Shown here: positions 49,501-59,679 of the stretch, piece by piece
Layout: each line of letters begins with the position of its first letter
How positions within the stretch are numbered: position 1 is the first letter of the stretch
From: Botryllus schlosseri
Lineage: Eukaryota
Assembly (NCBI GenBank): GCA_051294905.1
Contig: CM119386.1
Span: 11,284,001 to 11,348,000 of the forward strand
Reading direction: 5' to 3'
DNA: 64,000 bases
The notes under the pieces: generated by a model
What the model saw: only the letters and a program-made list of their open reading frames with translations
Databases searched by the model: none
What the model was told of the DNA's origin: nothing
Translations under genes and position numbers: made by a program

Positions 49501-52124
49501 GTCACATTTTCTTATATTGATATACTTCAGACGTCACATTTTCTTATATTGATATAAGGGGGAGCACGTTGAGATATTTGCCACGGATTAAGACGACTTG
49601 GAGGTATCTGCTGCTAAGTTTTTAATCTATGATTCATATGCTATCTATACTTGATAAGAATTTCAATAAGCATCAATTTTGATGAAATTTACCACCGCCA
49701 TTAATTTATCAATGTTGGGCCAAGTCTATCTGGTAGTGAAATGAATCCACCTTTTATTGAGACTACTCGTGGTACTGTTGCCTCATGAAAAAGAACTGGA
49801 CATCCAGCGGCAACCCTTCTCCGTCATAAACCATTTGAATGTTTTACTGCTCAGTGTCCAAAGTTACCCCAGTTTAAGGTAACGCAAAGCTGTTTTCACA
49901 ACTTCACATGAAATAGAAAAAATGATCTACATTAACAAGTTCATCGACTGCATGTAGTACCAAAACATATGCATAAGGAAATGATAGATTTTAATATGAG
50001 CTGGGGTAAGCAACAGATAAAATACTTACGATGCTCTGATAAGAAGGTCATGTTTGTCTTCGAGTTCTTTCCGAAGGCTGTCACATTCGATTTTCAGTTC
50101 AATATTCTGTCAAGCAAACAAAAACCGAATGAGCACTCACTCATTCATTTCCTACTATCATAATTATGACAACTACCTGGACAATTTTACCAATCTTCAA
50201 ACTTGGCATAGCAGCCATATTTCAAATGCCAGGGCAGAAAATTAATCCCAACCCATCAAGCAATCGTTGTCAAAGTCAACCCAGTACAGAAGCAGATCTA
50301 ATTCCAAACACAGTCAACCCATGAATGAGGAAATCAGTGTTGTATCTCGGTTTATACCCATTTGTTCAATCCCCTCATAATGGATGGTGGGCTTTAAATA
50401 ATAAAATCTATTGTTCCATTGCTTTCATCCCGCTCAATGTTTTTGTCGGGAATCCGGAAGGGCTTGAAAAAATACAATATCTTTTATCGGCCTCCCTATA
50501 AGGGCCGTCACGCTAACCTCAACATCAAATACCCATTCCTAATCCATGTTGGCTCAGCACGGCCTAAAGCTATTCACTACAACAGCTACATCAACATCAT
50601 TACCCGAACATCCGTGTAACCATAAAATAAAATGTACAACATACTAGAAATACCTTTGAAGCACAATATAAAAATTCCAATCATCTCGAATATTCATTAG
50701 ATTTACTCGACACACAATGAAATAGATACAAAAGGGTTACGGAATTGTCACTTTTAGTCATGTGATACGCTATCAATTCAACTAGATGCAACGCATTACC
50801 AAATTAACACAATGGAGGCCGCGCCATTGTTCCCATAGAGGTGTGCCACTCAATGAACTCATTATAATGAGGACACTGACACGCAATGCACTCAAACTAC
50901 TTCAGAGCTTGGAGGTGGAGCTAGTATGTTGATCGCTTTTTTAATAAGTAATTGATATATGGGTCTTTTCATGTCTAGACCATGAAAAAATTATTTGCAT
51001 ATGAATTTCCAAACACTAGTTAGTCTATCAGCCCTTGATACCCACACTATTAATTATTATCATCAAGTAATTAGTAGTGATTATCAAGCAATCAGTAGTG
51101 AAATGATGGCTGATATATTACTTTTAAACGGCATTTTTCATTTCATCATTTCATGAGAAATTAAGCTTATGTTACTGCAGGTATAGTAATCTTGCGATAG
51201 ACGACTCCACAATGATTCCTTTGCCGGTAAATATGCCTGTTGTAAGTTTTGTACTATGCTTAATTCACTACTTATGACACTATGAGTTGCCTACCGTTTT
51301 GAATACATGTTCATTGTCATTGTTAAAGCCTTCTTGCATGCGTTCTTCCATGTGAAAAATCCTGAGCTTAAGACTGAAGTTTTCCTTTTTCAAGTCGGAT
51401 ATTTGCTGAAAAATAGATTGCAATCAAGACTTAGCTCTAATCAGGGATGGATGACAAATTAATTGCTTTCAGCTAGCATTCACGACTCGATTAGGTGTCG
51501 CGCACTGTTTGAGTATAGATATTCAAGTGTTGATTTTATCATCCGATCATATTTGCCCAGTAATCCAACATGTCCCTAAATCGACACCAATCGCCACTAG
51601 CAGAAAATGATCAAGACACGCCTGTTTACAAAGCTAATGCCATTTCAAGAGCAAATCAACCATTCCGCAAACATGCTCAGCATTCCGCAGTGAACTGATT
51701 AAAAAGGAAGCTCCATGAGAAAAAGTGTGAGTAAGGGTAATTCCCAACTGGCGCTTTCGAATGGTTTACAGGAGCTACTTTAATAATGAACATCCCTTGC
51801 ATGATTAAACACAAATCAATATTCCTACAGTACTATAATGAGGTTAGGTCTGTTGAAAATAACATCTATCGACTAGATAGCTGAAAACGAACATGATTAC
51901 CAACACACAATTCTTTAAATTGCTGATAACAATTGCCAAACAAAATTTACTTACGGTGGCAAAGTCTTTCATTGTTCTGCTACTACTCGGTGACATTCTA
52001 CCATCTGGGATAGATAATACTGTAACGAAGCAATGGCAATTAAACGTCAGAGTCGTGGATTATCAAAACGCTGTGATTTCTTACAATAACCGTTCGCCAT
52101 TTGCGCTTGGCCTGGATCACTCAT
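19337..52124 (-). CDS. CDK5RAP2/PDE4DIP: Centrosomin / CDK5RAP2 / myomegalin (PDE4DIP) family coiled-coil protein, ~2324 aa
   Basis: 51 GT-AG exons with matching phases, total 6975 nt: 52124-52085, 52004-51955, 51405-51295, 50106-50030, 47752-47632, 47565-47506, 46567-46383, 45836-45701, 45157-45095, 43346-43251, 43183-43055, 42856-42734, 42438-42328, 41967-41857, 40989-40762, 39881-39690, 39404-39202, 39068-38925, 37648-37456, 36530-36245, 35522-35374, 34784-34665, 33940-33795, 32792-32658, 32103-32014, 31948-31849, 31248-31079, 31014-30927, 30386-30230, 30167-30072, 30010-29926, 29046-28946, 28608-28477, 28419-28323, 28010-27911, 27851-27741, 27478-27316, 26990-26870, 26779-26672, 26473-26391, 25742-25614, 25131-24973, 24625-24507, 24243-24110, 22965-22847, 22649-22062, 21276-21127, 20531-20398, 20332-20199, 20096-20003, 19540-19337. 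Family motifs: CM1 MKDFATQISDLKKENFSLKLRIFHMEERM; YNSLIQAQAKELSTLRQRL; VLEEHLREIRVLRQRLENSISTN; EIRSLRVQLERSIEIN; CM2 QLTVTHDVLKKARGNLE. Confidence 0.92.
21495..21870 (+). mobile_element. Decayed family C hAT MITE fragment
   Basis: GACTCGAC/GACTTG arrays and AAATGACTCGACTCGAGTC...ATTGACTTGTGACT block homologous to the right half of 58496-60062. No intact TIRs. Confidence 0.55.
23958..24080. repeat. Degenerate ~22-bp GGTTAG-TTGTGTTAG minisatellite
   Basis: Four to five imperfect units such as ggttagtttgtgttagcggcca and ggttagcttgtgttcaggcta in an intron. Confidence 0.55.
24724..24792 (-). mobile_element. Family I Helitron-like mini-element, copy 2
   Basis: ctactagctgctgatgggttacccctgacaagtgtca...attcgggctcatttcaatacgaat is the reverse complement of the 8835-8908 element. 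Confidence 0.5.
25150..25295 (+). mobile_element. Family C hAT MITE right-end fragment
   Basis: AAAGTGAGATTGACTTGTGACTCGGCACCATGCGACTTGGTTGCAACCCAG matches the family C terminus (GACTTGGTTACAACCCTG). Confidence 0.65.
28191..28265 (+). mobile_element. Possible hAT MITE left-end fragment
   Basis: Starts CAGTGGTTCC(AAAA) like Buster-type TIRs; no matching right end found. Confidence 0.3.
32180..32425. repeat. Diverged ~142-bp intronic tandem duplication
   Basis: Identical 31-bp core TGTTATACAAACAGTTCATTCGTGGTAGAAT at 32237 and 32379, with similar flanks. Confidence 0.8.
34851..35125. mobile_element. hAT MITE family H, short copy
   Basis: Ends TAGGGCCCGTTTTTG/CAAAAACTTGACCTA; TSD ATAATAAC/ATAATCAC (7/8). 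Confidence 0.8.
35312..35359. repeat. 24-bp tandem duplication
   Basis: AAACAACATAGACCTACG(G/A)CACAT twice. Confidence 0.8.
35786..36216 (-). mobile_element. Family C hAT MITE, one end truncated
   Basis: Collinear with 58799-59378 (GAGTCACAAGTCAATCTCA...TTACAATGAAAT...GACTCGAGTC) and ends ATTACAACCTTG. Confidence 0.8.
36577..36674. repeat. Perfect 49-bp tandem duplication
   Basis: AGGAAATTGCAAGGTCACAAAACGATGTTGGAAATTTTCCAACTTTCCA twice. Confidence 0.9.
36777..37279. mobile_element. hAT MITE family H (TIR TAGGGCAAGTTTTTG)
   Basis: Perfect 15-bp TIRs and perfect TSD GTAATAAC (36769-36776 and 37280-37287). Confidence 0.92.
37688..38095 (-). mobile_element. Decayed family C hAT MITE fragment
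   Basis: GAGTCACA..CAAT..ACTTTTATAGTT-GACTCGA and GTCATGCGCAATGACTCGAGT..AAGTCGAGTCAA blocks match 58799-59378. Confidence 0.6.
38766..38804 (-). CDS. Candidate 39-nt frame-preserving micro-exon of the CDK5RAP2/myomegalin gene
   Basis: Long pyrimidine tract + GAAG acceptor and TTG|GTGAGT donor; phase 2-2 matches its neighbours; adds QLQETLHNAFINW. Confidence 0.6.
40250..40297 (-). CDS. Candidate 48-nt frame-preserving micro-exon of the CDK5RAP2/myomegalin gene
   Basis: TGTTCAG acceptor and ACT|GTGAGT donor; phase 0-0; encodes TSRNHFSDSPFSSLST. Confidence 0.55.
44402..44431 (-). CDS. Candidate 30-nt frame-preserving micro-exon of the CDK5RAP2/myomegalin gene
   Basis: TTCTTAG acceptor and CAG|GTAACG donor; phase 0-0; encodes the coiled-coil-like AYRELEHEYQ. 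Confidence 0.6.
46594..46672 (+). mobile_element. Family I Helitron-like mini-element, copy 3
   Basis: ATATATTCATATTGAAATGAGCCCGAAT...AGGGGTAATCTCAGCAACCAGTAG aligns with 8835-8908. Confidence 0.5.
49492..49555. repeat. Perfect 32-bp tandem duplication
   Basis: ACTTCAGACGTCACATTTTCTTATATTGATAT twice. Confidence 0.9.
49690..49960 (+). mobile_element. Possible ancient LINE ORF2 remnant
   Basis: Broken frames give FINVGPSL and VFTTSHEIEKMI, resembling the F.NVGP.L and T..EI.K.I linker before LINE reverse transcriptases. Weak. Confidence 0.3.
50030..52004 (-). other. CM1 / gamma-tubulin-complex-binding domain exons
   Basis: RTMKDFAT|QISDLKKENFSLKLRIFHMEERMQEGFNNDNEHVFKT|NIELKIECDSLRKELEDKHDLLIRAS over exons 52004-51955, 51405-51295 and 50106-50030. 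Confidence 0.92.
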
Positions 52125-53499
52125 CGTAGATGATAGTCCAACTGTCGTGTGGTCATCGAATCTTGTAATGTTGATACTGCCCAAAAAAGGACGTGTTAAT
52201 CCGATCATATGAAATCAAAATGCTAAATTACACAGACACCATGAACATTGCACATACACCCCTACGCTTTTAAACACCAGTAAGTGTTATCTGTTAAAAG
52301 CCACTTAACAAGATGGGACTACAGTACAAAGTCTTTACAGCTTAAATACGAACATTTCCTGTAATTACACCATCATTTGTTGATCTCTCTACTTGTTCAA
52401 CACAGAATCACATATCACATATGCCAATCACTAATATACAAGTGAATAATCTATCCATACAATAACAAGCCCTTTTTCGTAATCCCAACTTTGTAGTGAC
52501 ATTTTATGCTCATTATCAATTTAGCAAAAATTAAGTTATCAAGACATGCTTCCACATTAATGTAAATTATAAAAAATCATATAACAAATGCTATTCCAGT
52601 ACCAGCACTATAATATCACTCAAAACATAGCCAAGTAGGCTAAATATAAATTATAGGATAACTTAATAAGAGATCAAGACACCAACCATGTACTACAAAA
52701 AACAACAACTTGACTAAAATAACATATCTAAGCCTTCAACTTCAACATATCTAACAAATGTACTGTGTTTGCCTTCATAAAAATGAAATTCTTGAGCCCA
52801 ATGACAAATTTGAACTCACCCAATACTACTTAGTTAATATTGGTTATTTACGTGACAAATACCGCGTATTGTAAATCACTTCATAACATTTATAACTTGG
52901 CACACAACAGTTTCAAGTATTGGTACTCTTATATAATCTGAAGAGCGCAAGACATACATAACAAGTCCCACATGAATAATGTCACCATTTCTTTCAAGTA
53001 GTCTTGACTAGATAAAAGAAGTCGCACTTAGCTTGCTTTAAGATTCGAACAATGCAGGCTGGGTACTTTTGTAGGGACAATAGACAAGACCACATTCAAT
53101 GTCCAACCCAGTTTTATCATTTGTTATTGAAACATCTTTCCTAAAAATTCATATGAACCTAATCACACCTTGACATACTTTTTATTGCATAATTGTAATG
53201 TGACTATAACAGTACAAGTGTAGAACCATCCATATTTGATGAGAAAACTGGTAAATTAAAATGATATATAATAACACAACACTTGGTTGCGTCCTACAAA
53301 TGTTCAATACAACGTAAAATGCTCACCTTATTCTATTGCTTAATATATACTGTACTGGTTTCACATATAACACCTATACCATACTACTAAGTATGAACCA
53401 TAGCAACTTTATTCAGTATCTTGTAGTGACCACACATACCCTAATAACCGCTACTTACGACCATTAAAAGTAACTATAATTGTAAAACAGTCATTATCT

Positions 53500-54900
53500 C
53501 TGATACGAAAAGCCCAGTGAGCAGTCCTCAGAATAATTCTCAATGCCCGCGGGTATTTGAACGTCATGTATTGTTGGAGATAAGTTCAGTACCGCGCCGG
53601 CAATTCTAGTATACAAACGACCGAGTTTACCAACCGAACGAGGATTTTAACGTAGGCGTCACGTAAGTCAACCTAGCAAATGAAACAGCTAAAAGATATA
53701 TCGGTCGTAATAAAATGTGATGCGATTTCGCACCAGGATGTGAAAAGTAAAATCACGGATTCGGAACAACAACGCTGACCTACCTGTCGATTACAAACAA
53801 CGCATTGTCAACGTATCCGACGGACTTGCTTTAATACAGCAGTGAAGAGCGATTATATGTGATGATCGGTAGCCTATGTACAAGTGTCGCGCGTTTCAGT
53901 AGCCTAACTACGCATTGCGAAGATATCGCATCTATTCTACCTTCGGCGAGATCAACAGACACGAATGATCAAGCAATTCCCACTCGGCTAGCCATCGGGT
54001 TGCGGTTAGTTTTGTTTTTCCCGTGCGCGCATCTTGGTTCGCAGGCATGCGGCATAGGTAGCTTTAAACCGCTGCATTAGCAACAGCTGCTAATCTCTTC
54101 CTCACCTCGTCCGAACAATGTATTCGCACCGAGGTTACGCGGGCGGTCAAAAAGTGCGCGAAACATCGATCACACGTCAGGCCGCCAACAAAGGCTCGCA
54201 ATCTAATCAGCAAAGCCTCGCGTAATCTGCAGCAGATTGGATTTTGGCGTCGGGCATACGGGCTCAAATCGCATCACTATGCCTAACGTTAACTAAGGTG
54301 TAGCAGGCAATCCCGATCGGCGAGACGCAGAAGGAAACGGTCAAATTTTGATAGCTAATGCAACATTTGCGCGTGTGCGTGCAGTGCAACCGTACGGTAA
54401 CAAGTCATATGGAACTTTGCTGTAGAGAATATCAGTCACAACTAGATGTCATAACGCTCGTGTCGTTAGACAGCGAATCACTACTCATTATACAGTGTGG
54501 GCGGCTGGGCACAGGTTGATGAACTTATTGGTTATTTACTCCTCCGCTATGACAGAATCGAATTCAGAGCAAACGCGGTATTTGCTAATTACGGCAGGTT
54601 GGTAGCGTAGAGTCATTAAAAAGGCAAAAGATACATTCCAACAACGGCGATGATTTACATTTCAACATTTGAGCTTCGACAATCTCAGCGCTGACGGGAA
54701 ACGAGAATTGCGACACCAGTCGCGATCCACATTGGCGCGCGGTAGATGGAAACCGCAACCGCGACAAAGATGAATAGCGCCCGACTTCTTCTGACACCAG
54801 CGGTGGTGCAGGGCGAGAAAAGCGGCGATGGCCTGGCGACTTCATACGGATGTCAAGCGAATGTGAGCGATTAAAATCGGAAATAGCGTTAGCGCGCAGT
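53500..54900. promoter_or_regulatory. CG-dinucleotide-rich region, probable promoter / 5' end of the CDK5RAP2/myomegalin gene
   Basis: Visibly richer in CG dinucleotides than the flanking AT-rich 50-53 kb intron. A minus-strand donor CAG|GTAGGT at 53783 could join the acceptor at 52176 as a non-coding first exon. Confidence 0.45.
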
Positions 54901-55376
54901 AGTTTGAAGAAACGAGTCTGAAGCGCACTTGGACAACTAGATAATTATAGTTGCCTAATTGGAGCGAAATGCCGGTAATCTAATTCTAAATCAATTTGTG
55001 AAATGTTTCTTCGCGATAATTCTAATCAAATGTGAAAGGTTTCTAGGGTCCAATTTCAATTCTAATCTTAATATTGGTTTTCCTGAAAATGCTATAGAAC
55101 TGTAGCCTGTAGTGTGAGCCAAGCTTAGTGCACAGATATTTGCCATTCTCTCGCTTGGAAGAATGAACTATGGTTTGATACTGACTGTACTTGATTCAAT
55201 TTCTAATTCGAATTTAATTAGAGAAAAAAAGACTTCAGATATAATTCTGATTCTAGCCTAATATAAAAAATGGAACTATAGCTAAGATTCTAATACTAAT
55301 CTAACTTTTAAATAGATGAAAATTCCAACGCTTGACTGAGGTTGCATCTTTGTGAAGTCCGAAGAAAGGTTTATAT

Positions 55377-56206
55377 TTGTGGTTATCGACCTTTCGTCGC
55401 TGCAAGCCCCCTCTAGTTTCAGTTGAATCGAGCTCCATTATTGTGCAATCGTCATCTGTGCTGTGCAAATACTAACTGTAGGCTTGTGATTAACAGCGAC
55501 AAGATTATCTTTTTCGTTCATAACATTTATAATAGGTAGGCCTACAAATTGGGCGGACTTTTATCATTTCCAAGAGAATTCTGCAGTTGCCTATCTTGCA
55601 ATATGTGGTGGTGTCTTGAAAATCTGCGCCTTCAATTTGATACGAACGAGTGCCAAAAATCCGGTGGAGGCGAATGATTGTGAAACAGTTTTTTTAATGA
55701 ACATATCACAACCAGCCTAGTCATTTCTATCCAGCAGCTCATCTTGAAGTTATTCTGGAATAGTGGTGATATGTAGGCTATATCGCAGGAGAAAATGGAT
55801 GCCGTGAGGAGGTTTTGATCCCATTTTCTGGACAGATTAGAAAAAACTTCAGGAATTTCTATTTCAAACGAGTAACGACTGTTTATCAATTTGCGACACA
55901 ACTACAAATCCAAAATGTTTTGCAAACATTTCGAATTCACCATGATTGAACTTGCCACTCAACTGATTATTTATTCCATAAACCACAATGAAACATCTCT
56001 AAACAGAAAGAAGTGTGTATCAGAGTAAGCTATTGGCAATTAAAATGAATTTGCGCGGTATGACATTTCATCTCACAAGGCCATTCTGTTGGATGTGGGT
56101 CATGTCTCGCGATTTTCCTAATTTAGAAAATTACAAATTAGTTAATACATCATTTCACAAAAAACATGTTTCGCGGACTACCTGAAAATGTTTTGCGAAC
56201 TCACTG
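55377..56206 (-). mobile_element. Second, more decayed copy of hAT family F
   Basis: Collinear with 15760-16500 (ATCGTCATCTG..GTGCAAATA..AACTGTAGGCTTGTGAT; TTGAAGTTATTCTGGAATAG). Degenerate TIRs; TSD GTTTATAT/GTCTATAT (7/8). Confidence 0.75.
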
Positions 56207-56820
56207 GTCTATATCATTGCAGACTAGTGCAATTTAGAAACTTTACTCGGGCTACCGCTATACTTCAAGACCGCCTCTGACAAATGAATGGATTAGCAAC
56301 TACGATTCAAAAAGTCATTCCGAGTATGGATGGTAGAGTGCTGGCCACATACACCATGAATACTCGTGAAGGGAACACAGGATTTGGCAGTTAGCAATAC
56401 CCTTTGCAGTGGAGTTGTTATAATACTCTGACTGTGAGTAACTGCAGGGGGTGTTGGAAGAGGCAGAGAGTTTAATTTTTGTTACAACTTTTCATCTGTC
56501 TTACTGTATACGACATTATGTAGGTTGTGTATGACATTATATATGACATTTGTTATACAGAACAGTATCACTATGTCGTACTCGTTGAACATTTCATGAT
56601 CTGAAACATTTAAGTAGACACTATCAATGACACTATCAGCAGTGTGAAACTTTATCAATCATCGTAGAACAAGTAAGAATGAGCAGAATGCACACAGGGC
56701 ACGGACACAGCAAAAAGTGGTTCATCAAGTGTATCCGAAATGATGTATTGAAATGAAATGACCGTTGTCGCAATTTGTCTCTCTCAACTGAATGACAATG
56801 TGGAACTTTGGACCACATAG

Positions 56821-57079
56821 GTTGTTGAACTCGAAAGGGTTCCATATGTAGTACAGAACTTTCAATCGGCCCAACCGGAATCTCAGTACGTTTTGCCTAA
56901 TATAACAGGTTAGCAGCGATGATTTTCCAGTTTAAAGTAATTGCATAAAAATAAAGAATTGTGTGAGCACAGGTCAACGATTCCATGAAGACCAATCGGA
57001 TGAAGCGACCTCGCGACTTGAACCACCAGGTTCACGTGTACGTACTGAGACTGACCGCTTTCTGTCAACCAATAAATAA
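56821..57079 (+). CDS. Candidate exons of an unidentified small gene or pseudogene
   Basis: 56821-56908 (VVELERVPYVVQNFQSAQPESQYVLPNIT) and 56973-57079 (GQRFHEDQ...STNK*) join across a 64-nt GT-AG intron. A paralogous unit has its intron at 57436-57509. No recognisable homology. Confidence 0.3.
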
Positions 57080-58672
57080 TTGTGTGTCTTCTCGTTCTTG
57101 AACTTTCTGCCGTAGCGAAACAAGTAGATTCAGTCCCACCACAATCGATAATATAACAAAATGAAGCTAGAAAGAACAGTTTAATTTCTATCATAAGGTG
57201 GTAACTGCATAAACTGGTAATTGGTAACAATACATATAAAGAAATACAGAAACTCGAAAATTACGACTTACTGTAGTTCTAAAAATAAGCTGCACAAAAA
57301 ATCGTTCCAGTAGGCTTAAAATAAAGTGTTTCTGTCATCCTATGTTTTGTTTCATAATGACTACTACTGGTACGCTATCGAATAAGTACATACCGTCCCT
57401 ACTGCAATCTCGGTACGTTTTTCCTGATATATCAGGTGAGCAGCGACGATTTTCCAAGTTGAAGTAGTTTAATAAACAATAGTAATAAAATAAAACAGTG
57501 TGAGCACAGGACACCGATTCCGTACAGGTAAACAGGCATACAGTAGCATCTATATGAGTATATGGTAGATGACTGGTGGCTGGTACGTTAGCGAACATTG
57601 CATGCTAATGCCTTCTGGCTGTAACCATGGTTATAATAATACTGACCGTCTTGCTACAATAAAGAGCTACGATGTATTTTGTAAGGAGACATAGTATTTT
57701 GACTATTTTCAGTTGCACCAATATTTTCATCCCACATATCATCTGAGTTTCGTATGCATCAGCGGACAAATTTTTTTTGACGCCGACTTAACGAGTAAAC
57801 TCCACAAATGTAAAGTTTTCAAGATAAATATGGAAGCCAGACTTAAAATTCAACGGTTAATATCGTTATAGAACCAAACATATTGGCTAGGCTGAATTAC
57901 ATTCATTTTTCAAGCATCATAGGAAATATCGAAACCAATTAAAAATGCACTGCGCAGTCGATCAGTACTTGTACCGTTAGCGGTACGGCAATACAGGGTT
58001 ATACGTGCCAGCTGGACGCTGTGACGCCATATGAGTATGAGCGATGTACGGTAGATGACATTTTACCTGCTTCTATCCATGTCCAATGGTAAAGTAGCAT
58101 CATAATCTTCGGTTGAATCCATCATTTGATCATAATTCACTCTCACACAATGAAAGATACCTTGAATATTCCCTAAAATTACTTGTCATCTTGAACAGGC
58201 ATCTACCTAAGTTGTTACAAATTTCCGCGGTAAAGGAAAACCAACAACACAGTAGTGACGTCAAGTGATGGCGCTGTTGCGTCAAATTGAAATTTGACCA
58301 CCGACGCTTGAATAATATCGATTGGCTGAGGGTGTTTATCATTTGTACAGTGGATAAACCAGGGATAACCCTACTGAGCGATCTAAACCATGTAACATCT
58401 TGAATAAATCAACAATTCGTCGATATTTGAAGTTATAATTTATTTATTTTGAATGTAATCTCCGTGCACGGAAGCAATATCAGTGGAACGTCTGGCAGGG
58501 TTGTAATGACTCGAGTCACGATTTTCTGATGACTCGATCTGACTCGAGTCATTTTCTCAAACTACTGAAATAACTCGACTCGACTCGAGTCAATCTGTGT
58601 ATTCACTCGACTTGGACTCGAGTCATTGCGCATGACTCGAATCAAGTCATGTGACTCGAGACTCAGACAGCC

Positions 58673-59679
58673 TAGGCTTACCATATTTTGGAAATCTAAA
58701 AAGAGGACACTTTTTCAGAAATTTGAGTCTTGCAAAACCAGAGAAGAATTCTTTTTCCCACTTTGTGATCGGTTGACTAAAAAAAAGGTCATCTTTTCCA
58801 GGGTTGTAACCAAGTCACAAGGCACCGAGTCACAAGTCAATCTCAGTTTTATAGTTTTGACTCAAGTCAAGTCGAGTCATTTTCAACTCACCACCGAGTC
58901 AAGTCCTAGTCCAAGTCAGCGGAAAGAGGATCGAGTCCGAGTCACGGTATTATGACTCGAGTCGAGTCCAAGTCATTGTGTTGACTGCTCAGTTTCCTGT
59001 GTTCAACCCTACTTTTACAGCTCTGTTTGGTGATATCGATTGGTTCGCATTTATAATATTCTAATTTTCCTCACTTTTAGCAGTTGCTGGTCGCATTTTC
59101 AAGTACCAGCACCAATAGAAGAAATCCCAATAGTGTAGTTACTTTAGTATTCTTCGAAATTACAATGAAATATCGGTCTTGGCCGTCTCCGTCTCGAGTC
59201 ATATGACTTAATTGGCTCGAGTCATGCGCAATGACTCGAGTCCAAGTCGAGTCAAAACACAGATTGACTCGAGTCGAGTCGAGTAATTTCCTTATTTTGA
59301 GAAAATGACTCGAGTCAAGTCGAGTCATCAGAAAATCGTAACTCGAGTCGAGTCATGACTCGAGTCATTACAACCCTGATCTTTTCCGCTCAGAGCTCAA
59401 AATACCGTTTTTCTTTCCGCATTGCTAGGTGGATGACTAAAAAAAAGGTCTTTCTTCCGCCCAGACCTAAAATCCCCGTTTTTCACTCCGAAATACCCGC
59501 CGGAGCGTCACTTCTGTCCTAATTTACGGCATATCACTCGCAATTTGCTCTAAATCTGACCTAAATTTTCAAAAAAGCGGACAAAATCTCAAAAAAGAGG
59601 ACAAAAGGGCGTCCTCCGAGGACACTTTCAAAAAAGTCAAAAAAGAGGACAAATCCTCTTGAGACGTATGGTAACCCTA
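58673..59679 (+). mobile_element. Family B hAT MITE nested in family C
   Basis: Ends TAGGCTTACCATA/TATGGTAACCCTA; perfect TSD AGACAGCC (58665-58672 and 59680-59687). Confidence 0.92.
58799..59378 (-). mobile_element. Family C hAT MITE, inverted copy nested inside family B
   Basis: TIRs CAGGGTTGTAA/TTACAACCCTG; perfect TSD ATCTTTTC (58791-58798 and 59379-59386). Confidence 0.93.
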
